A DNA stretch of 64,000 nt from an uncultured Thermococci archaeon (GCA_964595645.1 CAZQQT010000001.1:192001-256000); one strand, 5' to 3'. Counted from the stretch's first letter, positions 20,470-30,519 are shown. Notes: generated by a model from the letters alone, not told the origin. Made by a program: numbers and translations.

Positions 20470-20654
20470 TATCTAACCTTGAGCGCGTACTTTCCCGGCG
20501 CATTTATCCCAAGTTTTTCCGCCATAATAGAGTTTTTAGGATCGATTATCACGACGAGACCGTGCCACTCATCGGAGAAATTGGCTTTCTTACAGATGGG
20601 ACAGAGCTCTGCTTTTGCACTCAGCACTCTGTTGCAGTCTTTACACGCTATCAT
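20469..20654 (-). CDS. spt4: Transcription elongation factor Spt4 (RpoE'')
   Basis: ACKDC..CPIC..WHGLVVIIDP..PGKYALKVR. Confidence 0.95.
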   Translation of the reverse strand: MIACKDCNRVLSAKAELCPICKKANFSDEWHGLVVIIDPKNSIMAEKLGINAPGKYALKVR

Positions 20655-21202
20655 TCTTCTTCCTCCTCCTTCTTCTCATCTTCTATCCACTCAAGCTTTC
20701 CGAGGTAGGGCTGTCTCATCGTGAGTCCTATCTTCACAACGTCTTCCTTCGTGCTGATGGTCACGATCCGTGCCCGCGCGGAGTCGCCCTCCTTTATTAT
20801 TTTTTTCGTTTCTTTTCCTGTGAGTGTATGCTGTTTTTTATCGTAGCTGATATAATCGTTTGTAATCTGAGAGACGTGCGTGAGCGCATCTACGGGTCCA
20901 ATCCGCACGAAACTACCAAACTCCACGATTTCAACGATATGTCCCTCTACTACTTCGTGAAGTTTAGGAAAGAATGTGAGAACATTGAATGTGACGGTAT
21001 TATACGATGCTCCATCTCCATGAATCACTCTTCCGCTGCTCATCCCGGTTACATCTTTCACACAGAGAATCATCCCGAGATCCTTATCCCATTTTCCCTC
21101 ATACTGTTCTCTCAGGATATCGAGGGCTACCTTTTCCTGTTCCTCGCCAAATCTGTCTGGAGGAATTCGTATTACATCTTCTAGTTCCACGAGTTTATAC
21201 AT
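20651..21202 (-). CDS. rpoE1: RNA polymerase subunit Rpo7 (E')
   Basis: IRIPPDRFG, GDGA, EFGSFVRIGPVDALTHVSQI, IGLTMRQPYLG. Confidence 0.97.
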   Translation of the reverse strand: MYKLVELEDVIRIPPDRFGEEQEKVALDILREQYEGKWDKDLGMILCVKDVTGMSSGRVIHGDGASYNTVTFNVLTFFPKLHEVVEGHIVEIVEFGSFVRIGPVDALTHVSQITNDYISYDKKQHTLTGKETKKIIKEGDSARARIVTISTKEDVVKIGLTMRQPYLGKLEWIEDEKKEEEEE

Positions 21203-21260
21203 TCCAAAGCCTCATACTCTACACGAGGCTCGTATTTAAAAAGCTTTACTTTTCGTGAGC

Positions 21261-21947
21261 TCACTCCTTCAATGCAATAACTAACGATTTATCTTTCGTT
21301 TCCATTTGCAAGAGCGTTCCATCAGAGACGTACATAACATATCCCAGTTCTGGGAAATTGACCACATCACAGTTGTATCCCTTTAATTCCTCTGTTCCTT
21401 CTACTTCCATTGTGATTTTCAGTGCTTTCATCGGTTGTGCTGCAAACATGGATATACTTTTGGACATATTCGCCTCCAGTTCTATTATTCGAAACATTAA
21501 TGCCCACTGTCCGATCATATTGTTATCGAGAAGGTAGGTATTCGGTTCAAGAGTTATATCTTTTTCAAACTTGTTGTCGCCCTTCGTCGCTACTTCATGG
21601 ACCCTTCCTTTTGTAAACTCACAAGAGACCGTCTGTTTTTCACTATTCACATATGCAACAAACTCGTAATGAAGAGGGTTACATTTCTCCGTGACAGTAT
21701 ACGTTGCGTCCAGTTCCATTTGAATTGGCGTTGTAATCTTTACTTCTGACTCTATTTTATACGTTCCTTCTTCTTTTTCAACGACCTTATACGTGTTGTG
21801 CCCCATCTTATTCCCATCCATAAAGAACTCGTACGTGTGTGTCTCTCCTATTTCTAGATCAAGTGTTTTTGGTTCTGTTTGTTCTTCCTCCGACGTGCAC
21901 CCAGAGAACAGTATCACAACGATTACGATTGCTACAATCTTTTTCAT
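21261..21947 (-). CDS. Hypothetical lipoprotein, beta-rich
   Basis: True start MKKIVAIVIVVILFSGC after GGAGGTGA; lipobox FSGC. Confidence 0.75.
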   Translation of the reverse strand: MKKIVAIVIVVILFSGCTSEEEQTEPKTLDLEIGETHTYEFFMDGNKMGHNTYKVVEKEEGTYKIESEVKITTPIQMELDATYTVTEKCNPLHYEFVAYVNSEKQTVSCEFTKGRVHEVATKGDNKFEKDITLEPNTYLLDNNMIGQWALMFRIIELEANMSKSISMFAAQPMKALKITMEVEGTEELKGYNCDVVNFPELGYVMYVSDGTLLQMETKDKSLVIALKE

Positions 21948-22636
21948 TCCATCACCTCCTTTAATCTGAGTATTCCAACGATTCCTATCACCCCAAAGAG
22001 TACTACGGGGATTTCCATCATGTATATTTCCTTCACCGTGCCAGAAATATTTTGTTGCATCCACGGGATGATCCCATCGATAGAGCTTTTATAGAGCACA
22101 GAACAAAGGAAATATCTTAGTTGTTGTGTATGAACCGAGTGTATCACTAGAAGACACGAGAAAATATGACCAAATAACACGAACACCCTCTCGATGATAG
22201 GGGCAAAGATAATCTGCGGATCTTGCGTGAACGAGGACTCCGTGAGCAGTAAATTAGAGACACTAATCAACGACATGGACCCCAAGATGATAGCCTCGGT
22301 TCCGCCGAACCCAATCCCAAAAGCAGTACCCTCAGTGAAATTCATCCTCATTTTCTTTGAGAAAATATATGTAATTCCGTTCTCGAGTATCCCCGTTCGT
22401 AGCCCCACATAGATCCCCGTTAGTATAATGAATGTAGACAGCGTGAACTTCCGCATAAGAAAATCATTGAACGGCGTGAGATCCAGTAGTACCTTTATAC
22501 CGATGGCGCTACCCCAGGCAAGAGCTCCATAAAGAAAATATTTTATTTCTACTCCCTTTTTCCACCAATAGACGGTGGCGAAAGCTCCTACGAGCACCAT
22601 TCCAGCTCCTGCAAACAGGAGATACGGACTTGTCAT
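21944..22636 (-). CDS. YhfC-like (PrsW/CPBP clan) intramembrane protease homolog
   Basis: Multi-TM; GLRTGILEN, GIGFGGTEA, IERVF..GH, YKSSIDG. Confidence 0.7.
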   Translation of the reverse strand: MTSPYLLFAGAGMVLVGAFATVYWWKKGVEIKYFLYGALAWGSAIGIKVLLDLTPFNDFLMRKFTLSTFIILTGIYVGLRTGILENGITYIFSKKMRMNFTEGTAFGIGFGGTEAIILGSMSLISVSNLLLTESSFTQDPQIIFAPIIERVFVLFGHIFSCLLVIHSVHTQQLRYFLCSVLYKSSIDGIIPWMQQNISGTVKEIYMMEIPVVLFGVIGIVGILRLKEVME

Positions 22637-22638
22637 TT

Positions 22639-23133
22639 TTATCCCTCTATGAGTCTCCACAGAATAGAGAACAGATGAATATTTAAGTTTTTTTCTCGAA
22701 AGAAGAAATTCGTCTTATACAATATTTTTATCTCTTCCATTGATAACCCCATGCCCTTTGATATGCTCTGTAAGGAGATCGACTCGTCGATCCGAAATAA
22801 ATGGCTCTCGCATGTGCAGTCAGAACAGCCGAATTTTTTTATTGGCTCACCCCACTGTGTCATTTTCCGTGCAATAGTACACTCTTCTTTTTCTGAGGAT
22901 CCTTTCCAGTAGACATGAGTAATTTTGGCGTGATCACTTTCCAACAGGTAGTCAATATGCCAGAAAATCTTTTTTTCATCGGAAAGATGCCGTTCGATTC
23001 TCTTTTTAAGGTTGTTCATCGCTGAGCCTATGTAGATGTATCATCCTCTTTTGAAAAGCAGTTTATTGAGACTGCCGATGGTAATACACGTATCTTTTGA
23101 GACTTCAATGACAAGACAGTACGTTCCCTTCAT
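22639..23133 (-). pseudogene. DUF123 (GIY-YIG/Uri) nuclease interrupted by in-frame TGA
   Basis: MKGTYCLVI...[42 protein letters not shown] at 23041-23043. Confidence 0.85.
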
Positions 23134-23254
23134 CTTGTCATGTTCTTCAAGTAGGTATTTAAACTTGTTTCGAGTTTTTTTACTGTTTTAGACCCGCTAT
23201 GATATTAGTAATAACATTTAAATACATGAAAAAATATCTCAGCTGAGGAATACC

Positions 23255-24163
23255 ATGGAGGCTATTATCCCCCTTATCCTTCTAATCGGTCTTGGTTATC
23301 TTTCACGGAGATTTAACATTCTGAAGTCCGGGGATGAGAGAGTACTGAGCGCCTATATCTACTATTTTGCACTTCCATCACTCTTTTTCGTCAACCTGTC
23401 CCAGACAGCATTTCACGTGCAAAATGTGAAGTTTGTTGCTGTGGGTATTCTTCCTCTTGTCCTTTTTCTATTGATCTACCTTTTAATTTTCCTTGTTTTT
23501 AAAATATCCTCAAATACATTCTATCTTCTTGCTGTAAGTACGACATTTGGTAGTTACGCCTTTTTTGGAATACCTTTTGTTACATTTACTTTTTCTGAGC
23601 AGGGAGAACAGATAGCAACATTTACCGCATCCTTTCTTGCCGTGGTAGGGGTAGTGATTAGTCTCACACTGCTTGAACTCTATAAGCTTGACTCATCTTC
23701 TGTTCTAAAGGCATTAGGTATTGTAGCCAAAAAACTCGCCAAAAATCCATTATTACTCTCGATTTTTTGCGGTGTTTCCTTCTCGTTACTGGAGATACCT
23801 ATGCCCTCTGCGGCGAAGGAGACGCTTCACATGCTTGGTACAACAACGTCCCCTGTGGCAATTCTCATGCTCGGCGTATTTTTATATGGGCGATCGTATG
23901 GGAACCTTTCCACTGCCCTCGCTTTGAGTACTATACGGATCGTGGTACTCCCTTCCATCGCGGTGATCTTCGTGAGTTTCTTCTCATTCCCTCCACTTCA
24001 CAGTACGACATTGGTGCTTATGCACAGTATGCCGGCTGCTGTATCTCTGATTGTGCTCAGTGAACGATACAACTTTTACCCGGAGACAATTGCGTCCATG
24101 ATACTTATCACCTCTCTTAGTTCACTGGTGCATCTCAATCTCTGGCTCTTTGTTCTTGGGTGA
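23255..24163 (+). CDS. AEC-family (auxin efflux carrier-like) transporter
   Basis: About 10 TM; YFALPSL, FFGIP, KNPL, MPAAV. Confidence 0.85.
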   Translation: MEAIIPLILLIGLGYLSRRFNILKSGDERVLSAYIYYFALPSLFFVNLSQTAFHVQNVKFVAVGILPLVLFLLIYLLIFLVFKISSNTFYLLAVSTTFGSYAFFGIPFVTFTFSEQGEQIATFTASFLAVVGVVISLTLLELYKLDSSSVLKALGIVAKKLAKNPLLLSIFCGVSFSLLEIPMPSAAKETLHMLGTTTSPVAILMLGVFLYGRSYGNLSTALALSTIRIVVLPSIAVIFVSFFSFPPLHSTTLVLMHSMPAAVSLIVLSERYNFYPETIASMILITSLSSLVHLNLWLFVLG

Positions 24164-24290
24164 TGTATACACTCTTCAACCTTTGGATGAGAAAAAAATA
24201 CACGTATCATACATGTAGAATAAAAAGATAATCCAACCGAAAACTTTTTATACCGTTCTATCTCGTGGCAGTTTCGAAAAGCGTGATACC

Positions 24291-24527
24291 ATGACTTCCA
24301 AAAAAGAGAATAATCCATCCAGAGTACGAACAATGGTAAAAAGCGTGACATTCCGAATCTCAGCAACAGTAACTACATTCCTCCTCGTGTTCTTTACGAC
24401 TGGTGAGGTTGCTCTGGCATTTCAGATAGGGCTCATTGAGTTCATTGCCAAACTTTTCCTTTACTATTCTCATGAACGAGCCTGGAATTTCGTAGGCTGG
24501 GGCAAAAATACTGTAAGCGCAAAATAA
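24291..24527 (+). CDS. DUF2061 small membrane protein
   Basis: RTMVKSVTFR...YYSHERAW..VGWG. Confidence 0.85.
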   Translation: MTSKKENNPSRVRTMVKSVTFRISATVTTFLLVFFTTGEVALAFQIGLIEFIAKLFLYYSHERAWNFVGWGKNTVSAK

Positions 24528-24549
24528 TTCTTATTTATCTCATTTTCTC

Positions 24550-26334
24550 TTATTTCTTTACTTTTGATTTTAACAAATGGTGTTCTTGTCCTTTTTTATA
24601 ATTCTTTGCAAGTATTCTCAACTTCACATCACGTTCGGGCCACTCTATCCTATGTTGTGTGATCAGGATGTTACTGTCTAGGATTGAGTTGTAGTACTGT
24701 TCTTGATACTCTTCTTCCTCTTGTAATACTCTTTGTTCTCTGCACGATTTACAGGGACATCCAAGAACTTGTAACTCGTCATAACACCGATTTCCGATGG
24801 GATCCTTTCCTATCGTCTCCCGCAACTCTTTGTTAGCGTACAGAATCACGAATGTTTTTGGATCAATAATACAAATAAACTCATACATACTATCAAATAT
24901 CGATACAAGCTGAATTCGTTCCGACCAAAGGTTCTCTTCCGCTTTTTTCAATTCAGTCATGTCTACAATAGATCCCACAAATTTGTTCGTCCCTCGAATT
25001 GCATCTATATAAAGAAGGACATCATGGACTTTGCCCTTTCTGGAAACAAATCGGAATTCATAAGATTTTGGCGCCTTTTCCGGATTTTTTTTACGTAAAT
25101 CATTATATTTTTCCATTCTTTCTATGTCTTCCTCAAAAACGAACTCTTTCCACTTCTTTTTTCCCTCTATTTTTTCCTTTGTATATCCTGAAAGTTTTTC
25201 AAATTCTTTATTTACAAGGGAGAGCGTTCCGTCTTTCTCAACCATCGCTGTTGCATTTCCCGTATTTTCAAATACCGTCCTATATTTTTCTTCGTTTCTT
25301 TCCAACGCTCTTCTCGATCGGATTCGTTTCAGTGCTTCACTCGCATGAGAGATCAGCAGTTCGGTCGTTTTGAGATCTTCTTGGTCAAATGCATTGAAGC
25401 TGGTGGATATTGCCTGAAACACTCCTAGGTCTCCAATAGGTACACTTATGGCGGATCGATACTCCTCTACACTGGGATCTGCTTCTTTTATCTTTTTTAT
25501 ATTTGGAACGAGGTAAGATTTTTTTTCCCTATACGTTTTCCCTGCGATTCCATCGTGAATGGGAATGTCTTTTCCTCCTCCTGGCGGTGTACCAGGAGAG
25601 TTCAGTTTAACTTTCAACATATCTCCCTCTGCTATAAGCACAGGACAGATATCATACTCTAGTATTTTGTCCGCTGCATCAATAATCAGTTGGTATACCT
25701 CTTCCTCTGAACGGCATCTTTCCATCGCTACTGCTACATCATGGAGTTCTTCAATTTTTTCTTTACTCCTTTTCAACAATTTTTTAGCTTTTTTTTGCTT
25801 CGTGATATCCTCTATAATTAGTGTTATCCCTATGTCTCCGTCCTCAAAGGTAGTAGGGATGAGTTTATTTCTGAAATAGGATTTTTTTCCATCTATTTCA
25901 TTTTCTGTTTCCGTCACAGAGTTTTTTTTGTCCCACATTCTTTCGATTTCTGATGTCAACTCCAATTTTTCAAAAAAAGGGCAGTTTATTTCTTCTAATT
26001 TTCTTTTAAGGACTTTTTCTCTTTTCATACCTATAAATTCCAAAAAATTATCATTAATATCATGAATAACGTTATTTTTGTCTATCACAAGTACGTAATC
26101 TGTTGAAAAATTAAGTATTTTAGAAATAGGAGTACGTTTTGCCAGGGTGTAAACTTTTGCAGGTCCAAATTGTCTTTTTTCTACGCGACCGGATATTTCA
26201 AGCACATTGAGGTATTTCGCAGTGGTATTTCTATTTACACCTAATTCATCGGCAATTTGCTTGATGGTCATTCCTTGAGGATGATTTTTGAGGATCTCTT
26301 TTACTCGACAAAGGTTTCCTTGGTACTCATCCAT
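24550..26334 (-). CDS. One-component sensor: N-terminal wHTH + PAS/GAF/PAS
   Basis: GMTIKQIADELGVNRNTTAKYL; PAS and GAF (GIAGKTY, SAISVPIG) segments; no kinase domain; start MDEYQ. Confidence 0.8.
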   Translation of the reverse strand: MDEYQGNLCRVKEILKNHPQGMTIKQIADELGVNRNTTAKYLNVLEISGRVEKRQFGPAKVYTLAKRTPISKILNFSTDYVLVIDKNNVIHDINDNFLEFIGMKREKVLKRKLEEINCPFFEKLELTSEIERMWDKKNSVTETENEIDGKKSYFRNKLIPTTFEDGDIGITLIIEDITKQKKAKKLLKRSKEKIEELHDVAVAMERCRSEEEVYQLIIDAADKILEYDICPVLIAEGDMLKVKLNSPGTPPGGGKDIPIHDGIAGKTYREKKSYLVPNIKKIKEADPSVEEYRSAISVPIGDLGVFQAISTSFNAFDQEDLKTTELLISHASEALKRIRSRRALERNEEKYRTVFENTGNATAMVEKDGTLSLVNKEFEKLSGYTKEKIEGKKKWKEFVFEEDIERMEKYNDLRKKNPEKAPKSYEFRFVSRKGKVHDVLLYIDAIRGTNKFVGSIVDMTELKKAEENLWSERIQLVSIFDSMYEFICIIDPKTFVILYANKELRETIGKDPIGNRCYDELQVLGCPCKSCREQRVLQEEEEYQEQYYNSILDSNILITQHRIEWPERDVKLRILAKNYKKGQEHHLLKSKVKK

Positions 26335-26400
26335 ATCGCTAATATAGTAGGGGCATTTAAATACCTTTTTGTTTCGCCTAGCGGTAATGCAATGCAAAGA

Positions 26401-26416
26401 CCGAAAGCTTTATAAA
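26401..26416 (+). promoter_or_regulatory. BRE-TATA promoter of the wHTH gene
   Basis: CCGAAAGCTTTATAAA matches the archaeal consensus. Confidence 0.55.
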
Positions 26417-26477
26417 GGGTAAAGGAAAGAACAAATATAATGCAAAAAAACGTTATATTTTTACAGGAGGAAAGAAA

Positions 26478-26789
26478 ATGACAAATGAAGCAAAAAGTGG
26501 TAAGAAAGAAAAAAGAGTAAAGTATGCTCAAATGTTGGGGCGAAAAGGATTTTATGAGATATTGCTACACGTAAAGAATAACGATCGCGTTATCCTATCA
26601 GACCTTCTCCCCATCGCAGGTCACGGTACTATCATGGATAGGAGGGAGGAACTTCTCGATCTGGGCTTAATTTCTGACAGAAAAATTAAAGAAGGAAGAA
26701 GGAACTATATAATTTATGAGTTAACTCCTAAAGGAGAAAAAATTTTAGAGAAAATGGAAGAACTTCTAGACATGATGCTCAAAGAATAA
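26478..26789 (+). CDS. Winged-helix transcription regulator (HxlR/MarR-like)
   Basis: RREELLDLGLI...YELTPKGEKI. Confidence 0.75.
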   Translation: MTNEAKSGKKEKRVKYAQMLGRKGFYEILLHVKNNDRVILSDLLPIAGHGTIMDRREELLDLGLISDRKIKEGRRNYIIYELTPKGEKILEKMEELLDMMLKE

Positions 26790-26842
26790 GTTTCTTCCAG
26801 TTCTTTTTTATGTTCCTATTTATTGTAATACTTGCTTTCAGA

Positions 26843-27577
26843 TCAGATCTGGAGTTCTTTTGTTTCATGAATGATGTCTTTTAAGCTCTTCGCCGCGCTT
26901 GTCTTCACGAGTTTTTCTGGATTTCCTAGAGAATTCTCAAACTCGCTGTCGTACGGAATTTTTCCCAGAAATCGTATTCCCATTTTTTCCATTTCTTCTT
27001 GTACATAGGAAGAGTCTCCCATTTTCATGTTTTCTACTACACCGGTAATCGGAATGTTAAGCTCCTTTAGTATCTTCAGCACCTTTTTCACTGTTTCCAG
27101 CGCCATTCTCGAAGGAGTGGTGACCACGACAAACTCTGTCTCCTTCATCAGCCTGATCACATCCAGTATCGTATCTCCCATCCCTGGCGGCATATCGATA
27201 ATGAGAAAATCTAGTTCCCCCCAGCGTGTAACAGCGAGAAGTTCTATCAACGCATTGGACACCTCCTTTCCTCTCAATGGTGCTGGTTTATCCTCGGTGT
27301 AGTGGACGATGGACATGAATTTGATACCTTTTACTTCAGGAGGGATAATACCTTTTTCTTCTTCAGGCAGTTGTCCCTTGGCTCCAAGTATGATGTGTGT
27401 TGAGGGACCGCAGAAATCCATGTCTAACAATCCAACGTCGTATCCCATTTTTGAGAGATTCAATGCTAGTAGAGAAGCAACAGAGCTTTTTCCGATCCCA
27501 CCTTTTCCTCCGGAGACAGCGATGACTTTTTTGATTTTCTCCAGTCGTGTACTAATGATATTCAGCCGCGGATCCAT
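26843..27577 (-). CDS. hypB: Mrp/MinD-family ATPase, Thermococcus-type HypB (NiFe hydrogenase maturation)
   Basis: MDPR..GGKGGIGKS, PLRGKE, TRWGELDFLIIDMPPG, VENMK without the CxxC of Nbp35; directly after hypA. Confidence 0.8.
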   Translation of the reverse strand: MDPRLNIISTRLEKIKKVIAVSGGKGGIGKSSVASLLALNLSKMGYDVGLLDMDFCGPSTHIILGAKGQLPEEEKGIIPPEVKGIKFMSIVHYTEDKPAPLRGKEVSNALIELLAVTRWGELDFLIIDMPPGMGDTILDVIRLMKETEFVVVTTPSRMALETVKKVLKILKELNIPITGVVENMKMGDSSYVQEEMEKMGIRFLGKIPYDSEFENSLGNPEKLVKTSAAKSLKDIIHETKELQI

Positions 27578-27578
27578 A

Positions 27579-27980
27579 CTATCTCACCTCAATAGACTCG
27601 AGCTCCACACCCCTCCCTTTCAACACATCAAAATCGGGGCTGTCGCACTTAGGACAGCGAATATAGGTGTGAGCAATTTCGGGGATAAAGTGAATGGATT
27701 CAGACTCTTCAAAAGAGAGATTGTCCTTTGCGAACGTCCACTCATGTCCGCAGACATTGCATTTCAACACAGCGCTTTCTTCTTCCATCTTTATTTCAGC
27801 GTTTTCTAATAATTCTTTATTTTTCATGATTTCTTTCAACGCAAACTCAAATATTTCCAGCTCTATCTGTTGCAGTTCTCCGATTTTGATCTTGAGTATT
27901 GTAATTTCACTGATATCTCTATCTTTCACTGTTTTCAGTGCAGTTGATACCACTGCCTCTGCTAAAGCCCATTCATGCAT
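27579..27980 (-). CDS. hypA: Hydrogenase nickel incorporation protein HypA
   Basis: MHEWALA, CNVC, IHFIPE, CPKC, GRG. Confidence 0.95.
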   Translation of the reverse strand: MHEWALAEAVVSTALKTVKDRDISEITILKIKIGELQQIELEIFEFALKEIMKNKELLENAEIKMEEESAVLKCNVCGHEWTFAKDNLSFEESESIHFIPEIAHTYIRCPKCDSPDFDVLKGRGVELESIEVR

Positions 27981-28014
27981 GTGTCAGGTTACTGGGTACG
28001 GTATATAAATCTTT

Positions 28015-28464
28015 TCACCTGGAAGTATCCCTCACAGTAATCACTGTACTCCCACATATCTCACATTTTCCTTCATAATCAAGAGAATACTCCTTTTTGC
28101 ACCCTTTACAGATTTTTTTCCACCTATAAACTTCTTCTATACCTTCTGTGGCAATGCTGCTAAACTTTATCCCCAGCGCCTTGGCAACGTTCTGAATATC
28201 GTAATCCTCCGTGAGGAGCACACCGTCAATGTCCAATGCTAACGCAAGCAGTTTTTTATCGGTGATTGAGAGATCGTCTCCTGTCTTTTCGACAAATTTT
28301 TCTATTTTTTTTACGCTTTCTTCAGAAGGAGCGTACACCTTTAGTATTTTAGCAGGGTAATTGAGGCTTTTTAACTCTTCTATAACTTCTTCTATAGTAA
28401 TATATTCTTCCGTGTTGTTCGGCACAAATCCAGAGAGAAGCGCAGATGTATCGACTATATACAT
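28015..28464 (-). CDS. nob1: Nob1-type PIN/zinc-ribbon rRNA maturation endonuclease
   Basis: VDTSA, LSITD, TEDYDIQNVA, CKGC..CEICG. Confidence 0.9.
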   Translation of the reverse strand: MYIVDTSALLSGFVPNNTEEYITIEEVIEELKSLNYPAKILKVYAPSEESVKKIEKFVEKTGDDLSITDKKLLALALDIDGVLLTEDYDIQNVAKALGIKFSSIATEGIEEVYRWKKICKGCKKEYSLDYEGKCEICGSTVITVRDTSR

Positions 28465-29202
28465 TCACATCCTCACAAAATGAGCTTTATTTTTTGACTT
28501 CTTTATTTTTATTTTTTCATTCAGCTCTAATATACCACGATTTTCTCCATCAAAGATTAAATAAGCGTTTTTTCCAATATTTTTTATAGATATTTCAAGA
28601 TTATCAGGAATAACGGTCGGAAAATTTTGTCTGTTCAGTGATACCAATGGCGTGATTACAACTGCACTCAGGTCTATGTGGAGTATTGGTCCTCCAGCGG
28701 AGAGGGAGTGGGCTGTCGATCCTGTGGGAGTTGCTACTATCACACCGTCCCCACGAATTATTTCTTCCTTGTCGTCGTATCTCAACAGGAAATTTGCCAC
28801 TTTTCCAGGTTCTTCTGAACGGATTGTGATCTCATTCAATACTTCTCCTATTACATTTCCGTTTCTTATTATTTTTAGTTTTGTTCTTTCCTCGATTTTG
28901 TGGTCCTTCAGGATCTCAAGGATTTTTTTGTAGTTTTCCGGTTTTATTTCTGTGAGGTATCCATGGGTCCCCATGTTCACAGGTAGAATTGGTATTTCTT
29001 TGTACTTTCTTACTGACCTCAGGATTGTTCCATCTCCACCGATGACAATGATAATATCTACGTCATCTATCACATCCAGATCAAAGTACTCCACCATTGA
29101 TGGGTCTACGAAGATCTCATGAGTACGTAGAAGTGTAATAATTTTTTCTGTTAGTTGCAGTGCTTCTTTCCTGTCAGTCCGCGAGACTATCCCGATTTTC
29201 AT
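28465..29202 (-). CDS. nadK: NAD kinase
   Basis: GGDGT, LNE, GDG..ATPTGSTAHSLSAGGP. Confidence 0.93.
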   Translation of the reverse strand: MKIGIVSRTDRKEALQLTEKIITLLRTHEIFVDPSMVEYFDLDVIDDVDIIIVIGGDGTILRSVRKYKEIPILPVNMGTHGYLTEIKPENYKKILEILKDHKIEERTKLKIIRNGNVIGEVLNEITIRSEEPGKVANFLLRYDDKEEIIRGDGVIVATPTGSTAHSLSAGGPILHIDLSAVVITPLVSLNRQNFPTVIPDNLEISIKNIGKNAYLIFDGENRGILELNEKIKIKKSKNKAHFVRM

Positions 29203-29945
29203 TGTTTTCCCTCTTTTTTAAGGATATTTATAATTTTTGATTGCACCTTTTCAGAACATGAGGTTACGAAAGAAAATCCTTTTGCATCTTGGGAGATTTC
29301 TCTTCCTTCACAATCTGTGACTACACCCCCTGCTTTCTCCACGATGTACTTTCCTGCAGCAATATCGAAAAATCTCCCCCTATCTCTTACGTCGATGCAG
29401 GCTTTGGTTTTTCCACAGGCCACAAAACAGAGTTCCAGTGCTAACGATCCGAGATTTCGTATTTTTTTTGATATTTCTAAAAAGGGGCTGATATCTGAAA
29501 ATGTGTAGAGTGAGATGATCTCGCTTTCTCTTGGTTCTATCTTTTTGTCGTTGAGGTATGCATGGGTGTCTGCGGTGAACACATCACCGTTAGCCAGATT
29601 TTTTACGAAGGCAAACTCCTGTTTTTTCCTATAAAACGCTAGCGATATGGAAAAGAAAGGTATTCCATTGCATGCATTTGTCGTGCCGTCTATCGGATCC
29701 GCAATAAGCGTAAAATCGTTTCCTGTTGCGTACTCTCCTATTTCCTCGCTTATCAGCGTACAGCAGAGATCATGTGCCTCAATGTAGTCTATTATGGCAC
29801 GCTCTGCCACGTAGTCGATGTATTTTGTTGGTGTTCCATCGGCCCCTCTTTTTATCGTGCTTCTCCCTCTTTTTGCATTTACAAGTTCTTTTGTAGATTT
29901 TTCTACGTCTTCACCGATTTCATAGGCAATTTTTTTAAAATCCAT
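29199..29945 (-). CDS. Inositol monophosphatase/FBPase family (possible NADP phosphatase)
   Basis: GADGTPT, SEE, DPIDGTTN, RNLGS, DIAAG; adjacent to NAD kinase. Confidence 0.88.
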   Translation of the reverse strand: MDFKKIAYEIGEDVEKSTKELVNAKRGRSTIKRGADGTPTKYIDYVAERAIIDYIEAHDLCCTLISEEIGEYATGNDFTLIADPIDGTTNACNGIPFFSISLAFYRKKQEFAFVKNLANGDVFTADTHAYLNDKKIEPRESEIISLYTFSDISPFLEISKKIRNLGSLALELCFVACGKTKACIDVRDRGRFFDIAAGKYIVEKAGGVVTDCEGREISQDAKGFSFVTSCSEKVQSKIINILKKEGKQ

Positions 29946-29947
29946 TA

Positions 29948-30406
29948 CTACACCAACACACACGCAGATACAACTGTTGAGTAGTTTTTTACCGCATCAA
30001 GCTCTATAGAAGTAAGGTACGTATCTTTCTTGATGAGGTTCCTTTCTCTGCACATTATTTCAGCCATTTTTACGACCTTTTCTCTTGCATATTTCTTTCT
30101 GCACGACCCGCTGTACTCTGTGATCAACCCTATTGTGTCAGTGATTAAAAGACATACCGCAGAGGCTATCGTTTCTTTTTTTTCTGCAGTATACCGAGAT
30201 AAAATACAGTGAAGTACAGTACCTTTTTCAAGGTTCTTTAAGAAATCCTTATCTACAAGAGATGCTCTCTTCGGTGCAATACTCGACACTTTCACGAGAT
30301 TAAAGTCATGTATCCTGGCATCCATTAATGCAGCATCAAAAGATGTTAATGCTGTATTAGATATACCGGAACCTGATGTCAATACCATCTTTTTAGGGAG
30401 ATACAT
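29948..30406 (-). CDS. pdaD: Pyruvoyl-dependent arginine decarboxylase
   Basis: SFDAAL..I.DFNLVKVSSI.P self-cleavage motif. Confidence 0.88.
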   Translation of the reverse strand: MYLPKKMVLTSGSGISNTALTSFDAALMDARIHDFNLVKVSSIAPKRASLVDKDFLKNLEKGTVLHCILSRYTAEKKETIASAVCLLITDTIGLITEYSGSCRKKYAREKVVKMAEIMCRERNLIKKDTYLTSIELDAVKNYSTVVSACVLV

Positions 30407-30519
30407 ATCCCCCCTACCTGCTATAAGTTAAAAAAGTTGACTGTTATTTTTTTCACCACCTCTAGAAAAGGTAGTATTTTTAGAGAAGCACAACAATAAA
30501 AAGGTGAAAGGAGGATTGT

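Noticed and set aside
23041-23043. Genome-wide stop-codon reassignment suggested by in-frame TGA here and TAG at 13508
   Set aside because: TGA and TAG end many conserved genes at their expected lengths (iorA, rpl7ae, rps28e, ndk, radB); the TAG gene also carries frameshifts.
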